DNA from: an uncultured Chloroflexia bacterium
GTDB lineage: Bacteria; Chloroflexota; Anaerolineae; JAAYZQ01
Length of the DNA: 64,000 nucleotides
Assembly: GCA_963700285.1 (NCBI GenBank)
Contig: CAVOXA010000014.1
Span: 224,001 to 288,000, forward strand
Direction of reading: 5' to 3'
Part shown: piece by piece, positions 27,329 through 37,967 of the stretch
How the letters are laid out: each line of letters begins with the position of its first letter
Position numbering within the stretch: the stretch's first letter is position 1
Program-made: the position numbers and the translations under genes
Notes under the pieces: model-generated
The model's input: only the letters and a program-made list of their open reading frames with translations
Told to the model about the DNA's origin: nothing
The model's database searches: none

Positions 27329-28915
27329 TTACCAGCGCTTCCCGACATGGGGCAGGTAGGTACGGCCGCCGGGCACGATGACGGTCAGGGTCGGATCGTA
27401 TACCTTTACTACGCTGGTGCCACTTTGGCGCCTGGCAAGGAAGAAGAATTTGTGGGTACCCGCCTTCACCGGCCGGCGCAGCGTGAGGGCGACCGACTTG
27501 TCAGTCCCATCGCCAGTGTCATTGTAGACGTTGACCCAGCGATCGGCGTTGGGATCGCCGGCAGTATCGTCGATGCCGATGCGAAAGTCGGCCTCGTACG
27601 GGCCATCCTGGCGGCCCAGGGAGGCGTCGGCAAAAAAGAACACCCAACCATCCTGCGGCACCGTCATCGTGCACTGGCGCATCACGTCAAACGTGCCGGA
27701 CGTGGTGGTCCAACTCAGATTACCCGAGGCCCCACACGCCTTGGCCACGAGGCTGGAGGCAGGGATGTAGAGGACGGTGAGCGTCGGGTCATAGACCCGC
27801 ACGCTCGCGCTGCCCACGGAGCGCCTGCCCAGCGAGTAGAAGGTATAGTTGCCGGCGGCGACCTGTTTGTAGACCGAGAGCGCGTACGACCTATCGGTAC
27901 CGTCCCCGTTGTCGGTCCAGACGTCAACCCAGCGGTCGATATCGTCATCGCCTGCGGTGTTGTTGATCCCGATGCGAAAGTTGGCCTCGTACGGGCCGTC
28001 CTGCCTGGACACCGATCCGTTGGCCGCGATAAAGAGCCAGCCAGGCTCGGGAAGGGAGAGGGCGCACTGGCGCATTACCTCAAAGGTGCCAGAGTTGGTG
28101 GTCCAGTTGGCGTTGCCCGACGCTCCACAGATGCGGGTCTGGCTGGTGGTGGCGGGCACAAACACCACGGTCAGGGTTGGGTCGTACAGGAGCAGGGTTC
28201 CCGACCCGCCATACCTCCGGCCGAGGAAGTAGAAAGTATGGTTGCCGGCCGAGATCGGCTTCAGCACCGAGAGGGCCAGCGTCTCATCCGACCCATCGCC
28301 TGCGTCATCGTAGATGTTGACCCAACGATCGACATTTTCGTCGCCGGCGGTGCTGTCGATGTCGACGCGGAACTGGCCCTCGTAGGGGCCATCCGTCCTG
28401 GCCACCGATCCAGTGGCGCTGATAAAGACTGAGCCATCGCTGGGCACCCGCAGGGTACAGTAGTGGATCACCTGAAAGTCGCCGGAGGTGGTGGTCCAGT
28501 CCAGGTTGGCTTGCTGGCCGCAGGTGAGGAGGCCACCGGCAGCGGCCAGCAGCGCGGCTTCGCCGGCCGGCAGCACTCCTTCGGGGGCCCCCCCGTCGTT
28601 CTTGGATCCCGGAGTGGGCAGGGTGACCTCCGCCTCCTCAGGAACCACCGCCTGGGGATCCTGAGGGCCGCCGGCCGCGTTCTTGCCGGCAGGCGAGAGG
28701 TCCAACTGCGCACCACCGGCACCGGGCAACGCGGAGGGAGCAGAGCCGGGCCCGGCATCGAATACAGCATTCTTGTCGGCCGGTTCGGGCGGCTGGGCCG
28801 CATCAGCCGTCACCGACGGCAGCCCCGCCAGAGGGACGAGGACCATGACCCCGGCGAGGGTCCAGGCGAGCAAAAAGCGCTTGAATTGAGCCGTATGCAA
28901 GTACCTCACGGTCAC
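27329..28915 (-). CDS. Secreted protein with three tandem ~130-aa beta-rich repeats and a C-terminal YLPHV motif
   Basis: Signal-like N-terminus; 3x CG...WTTxSGxFxV..C...DGPYE..FR.xID..AGD...DRWV.V..D.GDG.D; ends RTYLPHVGKRW. Confidence 0.8.
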   Translation of the reverse strand: MTVRYLHTAQFKRFLLAWTLAGVMVLVPLAGLPSVTADAAQPPEPADKNAVFDAGPGSAPSALPGAGGAQLDLSPAGKNAAGGPQDPQAVVPEEAEVTLPTPGSKNDGGAPEGVLPAGEAALLAAAGGLLTCGQQANLDWTTTSGDFQVIHYCTLRVPSDGSVFISATGSVARTDGPYEGQFRVDIDSTAGDENVDRWVNIYDDAGDGSDETLALSVLKPISAGNHTFYFLGRRYGGSGTLLLYDPTLTVVFVPATTSQTRICGASGNANWTTNSGTFEVMRQCALSLPEPGWLFIAANGSVSRQDGPYEANFRIGINNTAGDDDIDRWVDVWTDNGDGTDRSYALSVYKQVAAGNYTFYSLGRRSVGSASVRVYDPTLTVLYIPASSLVAKACGASGNLSWTTTSGTFDVMRQCTMTVPQDGWVFFFADASLGRQDGPYEADFRIGIDDTAGDPNADRWVNVYNDTGDGTDKSVALTLRRPVKAGTHKFFFLARRQSGTSVVKVYDPTLTVIVPGGRTYLPHVGKRW

Positions 28916-29099
28916 TCTCCTTCCCTATTCGAATGGTTCTAACCATGGACAAGCGCCGATGGTTGCCCCGCAGCGGAGGCGCCGCCGTCGACCCTGGGCA
29001 GCTCTCCTGCTGCAGGAGCCGGGTTGGGAAAACCGGCCTACTTCCTACCGGAATCGGTGGTGCGGCGCGCCGGTTCCCAGCCGGGCGTGCCCGTCATTC

Positions 29100-29128
29100 A
29101 TTATACTACACTGCGTACACACGCGCAA
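29100..29128 (-). promoter_or_regulatory. Sigma70-type promoter for the repeat-protein gene
   Basis: TTGCGC-17-TATAAT on the minus strand. Confidence 0.6.
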
Positions 29129-29757
29129 ACCATGGCGGGAGGGCTGGGATGCCGGCAGGGTGGTACGTTGCGGTTCGCGGCCATGGCAGAGCCAGCCCCT
29201 GCTGCCGCCAGATCCCGCACCGGGTTGCTGGGATGTTCGCCCTCTACCGCGCTTTCCTGACCGGGGTACGGAAAGGACGAACATGGTGCACGATTCGTAC
29301 AGTATCATCTGCACCCTTGCCCACGAAGGATTCGAGGCATGCCTGCAGCTCGATCAGGCGACCCTTGGCATGGGGCTGGAGGTTTGCCCCAGGACCTGAT
29401 CGCATTTATAATCTGGGAAGGCTATGGCTTCAGTTCAAGGGTACAGGTTGGAGTAAATCAGGACAAGGAGAAATCGAGATTTTGGGCCGGCGCCCGCTCG
29501 CCGCAAGATTATACCACGGATCCGCCGTTCGCACACGGATAGCCTTGCCAACCAGAACAGCCTCTTGATCCAAGGCTTCCCAACCCTTGGGGGCGGGTTC
29601 GGCAGTGCCCCTCGAATCCGTTTTGCCCCGAGTTGCGGACCCCCTGCAAGCGTGGTATACTGCCTCAACGCTCCAATCGACGCAAGTCAGAAGCTGGACC
29701 AGGCAAGATGCGCAGACGCGGTTCAGCCCCATTGTGAGGAAGGAGGGATGACCAGCG

Positions 29758-31643
29758 ATGAAACAGCGTCACACCGTCAAGTATCCCATCTCCCGCTATC
29801 TCAATGCCCGTTCCGCCTATTGCCCCAGCATTGCGCCGGATGGCCAACGGATGGCCTTCATCTCGGACATCACCGGCGTGCCCCAGGCCTGGCTGGTGCG
29901 GCTTGCCCCCGGCGTCGACGAGGTGCTGTGGCCAGACCAGCTCACCTTCGGGGCGGACCGCGTCACGGGCCTGTGGTTCTCCCCCGCGCAGCAGGACCCC
30001 CGGCTCATCTTCTCCCGGGACGCTGGTGGGAACGAGAAGGAACAGCTAAGCCTGCTTGACACCGATGATGGTACCGAGGTCCCACTGACGGCCGGCCACG
30101 AAGGCGCCGTACACCGATTTGGCGGCTGGTCTAACGATGGGACTCGGATTCTGTTCGCTGCCAACCGGCGAGATCAGGGCCTGTTTGACCTCTATCTGCA
30201 GGCCCTGGACGGCGGCGCCCACCTGCTGTGGGAGAACAACGAACCTGGGTACCTGTCCAACATCTCTTTCTCACCGGATGGCAGCCGTGCCGTGATGACG
30301 CGCGTGTCCGCCAGCTTTCGTCACGACCTGATCGAGGTAGACCTGGACGCTGGCACCACACGCCTCATTTGTGCCAGTCAGGAAGATGCGCGCTACGAAG
30401 CAGTGTGTTATGCGCCGGACGGCCGGTCGCTGTTGCTCAATACCGACCTGGCCTCTGATTTTCTGTACATCGCTCGCCTCAAGCTGGACGATATGAGTAT
30501 CGAGGCCGTGGTCTCGCTGGACTGGGACGCCGAATTGATGACCCTTTCTCCCGACGGGCGCAGCGTGGCCTACACCCTCAATGTGGAAGGGGCATCGGAG
30601 CTGGCCCTGTTTGATCTCACGAGAGGGGAGACGCGGGTCGCGCCAGGGATGGGAACAAGCCGGGAAGAGGGCACCACACCAGGTGTGGTGGGCATGACAG
30701 ACGGCCGCTTGGCCTTTGCGCCCGATTCGCGCAGCCTGGCCTACGCGTTCGCCAGTGCTACGCGAGCCTCTGACGTCTTGTCTGGGACCTGGAGGAGGAC
30801 CGGGTCCGGGCCGTGACCCGGTCCTCCCACGGAGGGATTCCGGTCGACGCGTTCGTGGCTCCGGAACTGGTCCGCTTTCCCACTTTTGATGAGGTGGCTC
30901 CGGGCGAGGTACGAGAGATCCCCGCCTGGTTCTACAGGCCAGCGGAGCGTCGCGGCACCCAGATGCCGGTCGTCGTCTATGTTCACGGCGGCCCTGCAAG
31001 CCAATTCCGGCCGGATTTCCTCCCGTTGCTCCAGTATTTTTTGCAGAAAGGGTACGCGGTGTTTGCTCCCAACGTGCGCGGCTCCACGGGCTACGGCAAG
31101 GCCTACGCCAGCCTGGACGACGTGGAGAAGCGCATGGACTCGGTGGCGGATCTGGGCCACGCGGCCCGCTGGCTCAAGGGCCAGCCTGACGTAGACGGGG
31201 ATCGCCTGGCGATCTATGGCCGCAGCTATGGCGGGTTCATGGTGCTGTCGGCCGTGGCCACCTACCCGGACCTGTGGGCGGCGGCCGTCGACGTCGTGGG
31301 CATCAGCAATTGGGTCACTTTCCTGGAGAACACCAGCGGCTACCGGCGAGCGCATCGCGAGGCCGAGTACGGCAGCCTGGCTACCGACCGCGAGTTTCTG
31401 AGGACGATCTCGCCCATCCACCAGGTCGACAGGATGGTGACCCCCATGCTGGTGATCCACGGCGCCAACGATCCGCGGGTGCCGGTGAGCGAGACGGAAC
31501 AGATGGCGGCAGCCCTGGCTCAGCGGGGCGTCCCGGTTGAGTTCTTGGTGTTTGACGACGAAGGGCACAAACTGGCGAAACTCAAGAACAAGCTGGTAGC
31601 CGATGCCGCGGTCGCGGATTTTTTGGACAAGTATCTCGCGTGA
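29758..31643 (+). CDS. S9-family (acylaminoacyl/dipeptidyl) peptidase with beta-propeller (frameshift near 30780)
   Basis: SPDG repeats; VHGGP, PNVRGSTGYG, nucleophile motif GRSYGG, HGANDPRVP, DEGH. Confidence 0.9.
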
Positions 31644-31655
31644 CCTGTAGCGAAA

Positions 31656-31678
31656 GGGCGGGGTGACCCCGCCCCTAC
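31656..31678. repeat. GTAG-family REP half element
   Basis: GGGCGGGGTGACCCCGCCCCTAC in an intergenic position. Confidence 0.6.
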
Positions 31679-31722
31679 GGGCTGCTTTTTGGGTTCACAA
31701 TTCACAAAGAGGGAGGCGCTTG

Positions 31723-33410
31723 ATGCCTGATGTCCGGTTTGACACGTTCTACCGCTATGACGATCTGACGCGTATCCTGGAGGCATTTGTTGCAGAATAC
31801 CCCCAACTCATGAAGCTGGAGAGCATTGGCCAGAGCTACGAGGGGCGCGACATTTGGTCAGTCACGGTGACCAACCTGGAGACGGGCGAAGCCGAGGACA
31901 AGCCTGCGCTGTGGGTGGATGGCAACATTCACGCCACAGAGCTTGCCCCAGGGACCGCCTGCCTTTACCTGCTCCAGAAGTTGGCCACGGGCTACGGCAC
32001 CGACCCCGACATCACCCGCTGTCTCGACAGCCGCGCTTTTTACGTCAGTCCCCGGGTCAACCCCGATGGCGCCGAGCTGGCTCTGGCTGACAGAGCCCAA
32101 GTTCATCCGCTCCAGCACGCGGCCCTATCCCTACGACGAGGACCCCATCGAAGGCCTGACCTGGGAGGATGCGGACGGTGACGGGCGCGTCTTGCACATG
32201 CGTGTGCCCGACCCGAACGGCGCGTGGAAGGTCTGCCCCGAGGAGCCCCGGCTCCTCATCCGGCGCGACCCGGCTGAGACAGGAGGTCAGTATTACCGGC
32301 TGCTGCGCGAGGGGCGGATCGAGGGTCCCGACAGCATTGTTTACGGGGCTCAACCCGACAAGCAAGGTCTGGACATGAACCGCAACTTTCCCATAAACTG
32401 GCGGCAGGAATTCCAGCAGCAGGGTGCGGGGCCCTACCCGACTTCGGAGCCGGAGGTACACGCCATCGTCGACTTTATCGCCAGCCATCCCAATATCACC
32501 GGCGGCGTGGCCTTTCACACCATGAGCGGGGCGCTGCTGCGTCCCTACCCCGACCAGCCCGATGAGGCCATGCTGGCCGAGGACCTGTGGACGTATCAGA
32601 AGATTGGCCAGAAGGGGACCGACCTGAGCGGCTACCCTGCCATCTCGGTCTACCACGACTTTCGCTACCATCCCAGCTCCGTCACCAGCGGCTCCTTTTC
32701 GGACTGGATGTACGAGCATTTCGGACAGTTTGCCTGGGTCGTAGAGATTCTGGAATCCACAGGGGCAGGCGGGCATCGAAGAGCTAGATTTTCAGCCCTG
32801 GCGCCGCGAACATCCCCTGGACGATGACCTCAAGCTGCTCAAATGGAGCGACGAGGAACTGGAGGGCAAAGGCTACATCGATTGGTACCCCTTCGAGCAC
32901 CCCGAACTGGGCCCCGTAGAATTGGGCGGCTGGGACTGGTTCTACGCCCTCAAGAACCCACCCTCCCATCTGCTGGAGAAGGAGGTCGCCCCCTTTGCCG
33001 ATTGGTTGATCTGGCATCTGCTCATCTCGCCGCGCTTGGAACTGTTTCAGGTGGACGTCAAGCCCATGGGGGACAATACGTACCAGATCCGTCTGGTGGT
33101 CCACAACACGGGCTGGCTGCCGACTTACGTAACCAAGAAGGCGCTGGAGAGAAAGCTGGTGCGCGGCGTGGTCTGCGAGATCGAACTGCCGGAGGGCGCG
33201 ACGCTGGAGTCGGGCAAGATTCGGGAACAGTTGGGGCAGTTGGAGGGGCGAGCCTACAAGCCTGCCAGTCACTTTGTCTACTACCAGTCCGATGTTCCGG
33301 CGGAGCGGGCCAAGGTGGAATGGATCGTGCGCGCACCCCAGGGGGGCTCTGTCACGCTAAGGGCGCGTCATGAGCGGGCGGGTACGGTTGTCACCGGCGT
33401 GGAGCTTTGA
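31723..33410 (+). CDS. M14-family zinc carboxypeptidase (frameshifts near 32090 and 32750)
   Basis: SIGQSYEGRDIW, DGNIHATE, PRVNPDG, DMNRNFP, SEPEV, FHTMSG; three ORF pieces join by single-base corrections. Confidence 0.88.
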
Positions 33411-33505
33411 TTGTCTGCGAAGTGAATTGCGGGTCTGGAGCGGATGTACCCAGTCAATCTGGTACGCCTGTGCTTGCTTAGGAATAGATGGGAGGATTTG
33501 ACTGA

Positions 33506-34300
33506 ATGAGGCAGTACCTGGATCTGATGCATCATATCCTGGAACACGGCGTGGAGAGGCAGGATCGCACGGGAGTGGGTACCCTGTCGGTGTTTGGGTA
33601 CCAGATGCGCTTTGATCTGAAGGCCGGCTTTCCACTGCTTACGACCAAGAAACTGCATCTCAGGTCGATCATTTACGAGTTGCTGTGGTTTCTCCAGGGC
33701 CAGACCAACATCCGCTACTTGAAGGAGCACGGCGTCAGGATCTGGGACGAGTGGGCGGATGACGAGGGGGACCTGGGTCCCGTGTACGGTTCCCAGTGGC
33801 GGTCGTGGCGGGCCGCTGACGGTCGAGTGATCGACCAGCTCTCACAGGTGATCGAGCAGATCGAGACCAACCCAAGCTCACGCAGGCTGATTGTAAGCGC
33901 CTGGAATCCGGGTGAAATCGACGAGATGGCGCTGCCAGCCTGCCATGCGCTGTTCCAGTTTTACGTGGCAAACGAACGCCTGTCCTGCCAGCTCTACCAG
34001 AGATCGGCGGACGTCTTTTTGGGGGTTCCCTTTAACATTGCCTCTTACTCGATCTTGACAGCCATGGTCGCGCAGGTTTGCGGGCTGGGCGTGGGAGATT
34101 TCGTCCACACGCTGGGGGATACGCACCTGTATCTGAACCACCTCGAACAGGTCCGGCTACAGTTGTCCCGAGATCCGCGCCCGCTGCCCGAAATGGTGAT
34201 CAATCCTGAGGTCCGGTCCATCGACGGTTTCTGCTATGAGGACTTTGAGCTGCGCGGCTACTCGCCCCACGCGCATATTCCGGCGCCGATCGCGGTCTGA
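33506..34300 (+). CDS. thyA: Thymidylate synthase
   Basis: [49 protein letters not shown]. Confidence 0.97.
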   Translation: MRQYLDLMHHILEHGVERQDRTGVGTLSVFGYQMRFDLKAGFPLLTTKKLHLRSIIYELLWFLQGQTNIRYLKEHGVRIWDEWADDEGDLGPVYGSQWRSWRAADGRVIDQLSQVIEQIETNPSSRRLIVSAWNPGEIDEMALPACHALFQFYVANERLSCQLYQRSADVFLGVPFNIASYSILTAMVAQVCGLGVGDFVHTLGDTHLYLNHLEQVRLQLSRDPRPLPEMVINPEVRSIDGFCYEDFELRGYSPHAHIPAPIAV

Positions 34301-34302
34301 GG

Positions 34303-34357
34303 GAGAGACTAGGAGACCCGGAGACGGGGGGATGGGGAGATGGGGAGACTGGGACAC
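34303..34357. repeat. Degenerate 8-bp tandem purine-rich repeat (GGAGAYnn)
   Basis: GAGAGACT AGGAGACC CGGAGACG GGGGGATG GGGAGATG GGGAGACT. Confidence 0.55.
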
Positions 34358-34398
34358 CACCTCTGGCAGCTTCTCCTGTCAATTGCCAAGGAGGTGGA

Positions 34399-34911
34399 AT
34401 GTACTCAAGCGCAACACCAGAGAGATTCATGCGGCACACACTGGCTCTGGCCGCCCGGGCGCTGGAGCTGGGGGAGTTGCCCATCGCGGCGATTGTGACC
34501 CTGGATGACGAGATCCTGTCCAGTAGCACCGCATCGGAGCAGCAGGAGAAACGCTATCTGGGCCACGCGGAGCTAGTGACTCTGGAGAAGGCTGATCGAT
34601 TGGGGCTCTCCTACGACCAGCGGCGCCGGGCCAGGCTGTTCACCAACCTGGAGCCGTGCCTGATGTGCATGGGTGCGGCCATGTCCTTCTTTTTGGGAGA
34701 GATCGTCTACGCGCTAGAGTCACCGGGCGATGGGGCAGTGGACCTGGTCCTGGCCTGGAACCGCAGAGAAGAAGACATCCCAGGATACCAGGTACCCAAG
34801 ATCACCGGCGGCCTGCTCAGGGCTGAGAGCATACGGCTCTTTGAGGCATACGTGGACCGTCACGAACCGGGTCCCATGCGCGACTGGGCCGAGACGCTGG
34901 CCAGACTTTGA
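34399..34911 (+). CDS. Nucleoside deaminase (TadA/cytidine deaminase-like)
   Basis: GELPIAA, GHAE, NLEPCLMCMGA zinc motif. Confidence 0.88.
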   Translation: MYSSATPERFMRHTLALAARALELGELPIAAIVTLDDEILSSSTASEQQEKRYLGHAELVTLEKADRLGLSYDQRRRARLFTNLEPCLMCMGAAMSFFLGEIVYALESPGDGAVDLVLAWNRREEDIPGYQVPKITGGLLRAESIRLFEAYVDRHEPGPMRDWAETLARL

Positions 34912-35100
34912 CTGCCCTGTTTGGGTCCGGACTGGCTGGCCAAACGCAGCCATGGGTGCGTGCAGATGGCTTCTCCCCGTCTGACTCAGCATCTACGAGT
35001 TCCGACGCCGACTGCCCCGCTACAGGCAGTGAGGGCGCTTGAGGGGAACTGGAATTGGCGCCATCATGGTATCATATCGAAACCATTGTGAGGCATGCGC

Positions 35101-35343
35101 ATGGCCATCATTACTGTGAAAGGCATACCCGAGGACCTCTATAGGCGCTTGAAGGAGTCTGCACGGGCCAACCGGCACAGCATCAACAGTGAGGTAATCG
35201 TATGCATCGAGCGGTTTGTCAGACCCCAAGAGCTCGAACCAGAAGCGTTGCTCACCAGGGCGCGCTGTCTTCGCGAGAAGCCTGGCGAGTATCAGATCAC
35301 GGACAGAGAGTTCAGCGAGGCCCAAAGGATAGGGCGTCCATGA
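35101..35343 (+). CDS. Ribbon-helix-helix antitoxin (FitA/Arc-like)
   Basis: MAIITVKGIPEDLYRRLKESARANRHSINSEVIVCIE...GRP; stop overlaps the next ATG. Confidence 0.8.
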   Translation: MAIITVKGIPEDLYRRLKESARANRHSINSEVIVCIERFVRPQELEPEALLTRARCLREKPGEYQITDREFSEAQRIGRP

Positions 35344-35414
35344 TCGTCGTGGACACGAGCATCATCGGCCATCTTTATCGGGTCGATCCTGTCTCCCTCG
35401 GTCGGAATCTATGA
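35340..35414 (+). pseudogene. Truncated VapC/PIN toxin (first ~13 codons only)
   Basis: ATGA overlap with the antitoxin; MIVVDTSIIGHLY is a PIN N-terminus, followed by unrelated sequence and a stop. Confidence 0.7.
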
Positions 35415-35766
35415 CGATGCCAGACTGAACGCGGGATTGCTGATCGGACCCTTGACGGCGACGGAAAAGGCAAGCACAAAGTCTCGGGCGTTGGCCGAAA
35501 TTCCAGGTCTGTGTTACAATCAGGGGACTGCAATGGGCCGTCCAGTGCTCAGGCCAGAACACGCATTCGGCGGCTTTACTCAGGAGAATGCAGGTCGCGG
35601 ATCAGCTTCGAGCGACGGGGTGCGCTCTACTGACAATCGCTCACAGCTTGCCTGGGAAGCCTAGTTGTGCGAGGGACGCCGGCGCAAGCTCAGGGCCAGA
35701 CGAACGAATCAGTCTTGGTGGTCCTGCAGGCAGGATCACCTCCCCAATCATGAGAAGGAGATCAAG

Positions 35767-36729
35767 TTGAGTACTGATTTGCTCGGAAGCGGAAACCACG
35801 TCTATCAGGAAGTGACGGGCTGGGCGAGATTGCCCGAGGGGTTGACCTACAGGGAGGTCGTCGACGTCGCGGTAGATGCCCAAGACCGCGTGTATCTGTT
35901 CTGCCGGGGCGAGCACCCCGTCCTAGTATTTGAGGCCGATGGCCGCTTTGTAAAAGCCTGGGGAGAGGGGCTGTTCACCCGCCCCCACGGCCTGACCTTC
36001 GGCCCAGACGGGACCCTGTATTGTGTGGACGACCAGGGCCAGTGTGTCCGCCGCTGCAGTCCCGACGGCCAGGTACTGGAAGTGATGGGTACTCCGGGCA
36101 AGCCGGCGCCGCGCTTCAGCGGCCAGCCCTTCGACCGCCCCACCAAGGTGGCCTTTGATCCCCAGACCGGCGAACGCTATGTCGCCGACGGCTATGGCAA
36201 CGCGCGGGTGCACAAATACTCCGCTGCCGGGCGGTACCTATTCTCCTGGGGTGACTATGGCAGCGACCGCGGACAGTTCAACCTGGTGCACAGCGTCGCC
36301 ACCGACGGCCAGGGGCGGGTCTATGTCGCCGACCGGGAGAACCACCGGATCCAGGTCTTTGACCACCAGGGCGGTTATTTGACCCAGTGGAACAATGTCC
36401 ACCGGCCCTGCGGCCTGCACATCGCCGGCAGCCTGGCCTACGTCGGCCAGCTTCCCACCGCCATGGCAGTAAACGCCAGCTACCCCAACCTTGGCGCCTG
36501 CATCAGCATCCATGACCTGGCTGGCCGCCGCGTGGCGAGGCTTGGCGATGTCAGAGTGGGCGAGGGGCCGGGGCAGTTCACGGCCCCCCACGGCCTGGCC
36601 GTTGACTCGAAGGGTGATATTTACGTGGCGGAGGTATCCTGGACCCACTATGGCAGCAAACTCGACCCACCCAGGACGGCACGCTCCTTTCGAAAACTGG
36701 TTAAGGTCAAGCAGGAAACCCAGGCCTAA
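35767..36729 (+). CDS. NHL-repeat protein (PAL / peptidyl-alpha-hydroxyglycine lyase-like beta-propeller)
   Basis: DVAVDAQDRVY, PHGL, YVADGYGNARVHKY, YVADRENHRIQVFD; TTG start after AAGGAG. Confidence 0.85.
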   Translation: MSTDLLGSGNHVYQEVTGWARLPEGLTYREVVDVAVDAQDRVYLFCRGEHPVLVFEADGRFVKAWGEGLFTRPHGLTFGPDGTLYCVDDQGQCVRRCSPDGQVLEVMGTPGKPAPRFSGQPFDRPTKVAFDPQTGERYVADGYGNARVHKYSAAGRYLFSWGDYGSDRGQFNLVHSVATDGQGRVYVADRENHRIQVFDHQGGYLTQWNNVHRPCGLHIAGSLAYVGQLPTAMAVNASYPNLGACISIHDLAGRRVARLGDVRVGEGPGQFTAPHGLAVDSKGDIYVAEVSWTHYGSKLDPPRTARSFRKLVKVKQETQA

Positions 36730-36915
36730 AGCCTGCCCCCTTTGCAAGGACGATTCCAAGCATGAGGTACTGGGGCAGATGGGCGCGCCGGTACCCCAAT
36801 TGGAGACGGTGCCGCGCCGTGGCCAGGACGAATCGGGTGAAGCGCTGCACGCTCCCCGCCTGTGACCAGGGCAGCGAAGGCAAGACGACACACCATTAGA
36901 AACGGAGAGTTGACG

Positions 36916-37824
36916 ATGGCAGAACGGACAGGGTTCATTGGACTCGGGATTATGGGCCAGGGCATGGCCCGCAATCTGCTCAAATCGGGTCTTGACCTGA
37001 CGGTGTGGAACCGCACCGCCAGCAAGGCGGAGGCCCTGGGCGCGGAGGGGGCCAAGGTAGCCAGCAGCCCGGCCGAACTGGCCGGCAAGTGCGAGATCAT
37101 TGTCGTCTGCGTCAGCGACACGCCAGACGTTGAAGCGGTACTGCTGGGCGACGAGGGCGTTATCCATGGTCTGCAAGCAGGCGCGCTGGTGATCGACTGC
37201 AGCACCGTCAGTCCCATCAGAACGCAGGAATTCGCCAAGACGGTGGCCGAAAAAGGGGCCCACTGGCTGGACGCGCCGGTCAGCGGAGGGAGCGAGGGCG
37301 CCGCGAAGGGGACCCTCAGCATCATGGTCGGCGGTGAGGCGGATCAGTTTGCTCGGGCCCAGGCGGTCCTGGGCGCCATGGGCAAGAATATCACCCACGT
37401 GGGTCCCAGCGGCGCGGGTCAGATGGTCAAGCTGGTAAACCAGATCCTCGTGGTCCACAGCATGATGGCGGTGGGCGAGGCATTTCTCTTTGCGCAGGCC
37501 GGCGGCCTGGACCTGGGAAAGACGCTGCGGGCCGTGGAGGGAGGCGCGGCGGGGAGCTGGACGCTGAGCAACCGGGGGCCGCAGGTCATCCGGAGAGACT
37601 GGCGCCCCGGCTTTATGATCGACCTCCAGCAGAAAGACCTTCGGCTGGTACTCGAGGCTGCCGACCAACTGGGCGTCCCGCTTTTGGGATGCAGCAACGT
37701 ATTTCACCTGTACCGAACCCTGCAGGATCGTGGCTTCGGTGGACAGGGAAACCACGCCCTAGTCAGAGCGCTGGAGTTCCTGTCGGGCATCGAGGTGGGC
37801 GCCGAGGACGAGGCAGGCGGGTAG
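36916..37824 (+). CDS. beta-hydroxyacid dehydrogenase (GarR/GlxR / 3-hydroxyisobutyrate dehydrogenase family)
   Basis: GFIGLGIMG, WNRT, LDAPVSGG, GQMVKLVNQ, KDL. Confidence 0.9.
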   Translation: MAERTGFIGLGIMGQGMARNLLKSGLDLTVWNRTASKAEALGAEGAKVASSPAELAGKCEIIVVCVSDTPDVEAVLLGDEGVIHGLQAGALVIDCSTVSPIRTQEFAKTVAEKGAHWLDAPVSGGSEGAAKGTLSIMVGGEADQFARAQAVLGAMGKNITHVGPSGAGQMVKLVNQILVVHSMMAVGEAFLFAQAGGLDLGKTLRAVEGGAAGSWTLSNRGPQVIRRDWRPGFMIDLQQKDLRLVLEAADQLGVPLLGCSNVFHLYRTLQDRGFGGQGNHALVRALEFLSGIEVGAEDEAGG

Positions 37825-37967
37825 AGCCTTTCGACCAGACTCGGCGGAGCCGAGCACAAAGTCAGGAAATGCTCTGGAACCGCCCAAGCGCGCCAAAGCG
37901 CGCACTACAAACGGGACGCGCCCTGGATGGATCCTGAACCGAATGCAGGGGGATAGACAAGAAAGCA

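Noticed and set aside
29283-29399. Short ORF MVHDSYSIIC... with an RBS-like GAAAGGA
   Set aside because: No recognisable homology or context; coding status is unsupported.
33506-34911. thyA plus deaminase as a phage-defence or DNA-modification module
   Set aside because: Both look like ordinary housekeeping-type enzymes, separated by a simple repeat, with no defence-associated partners.
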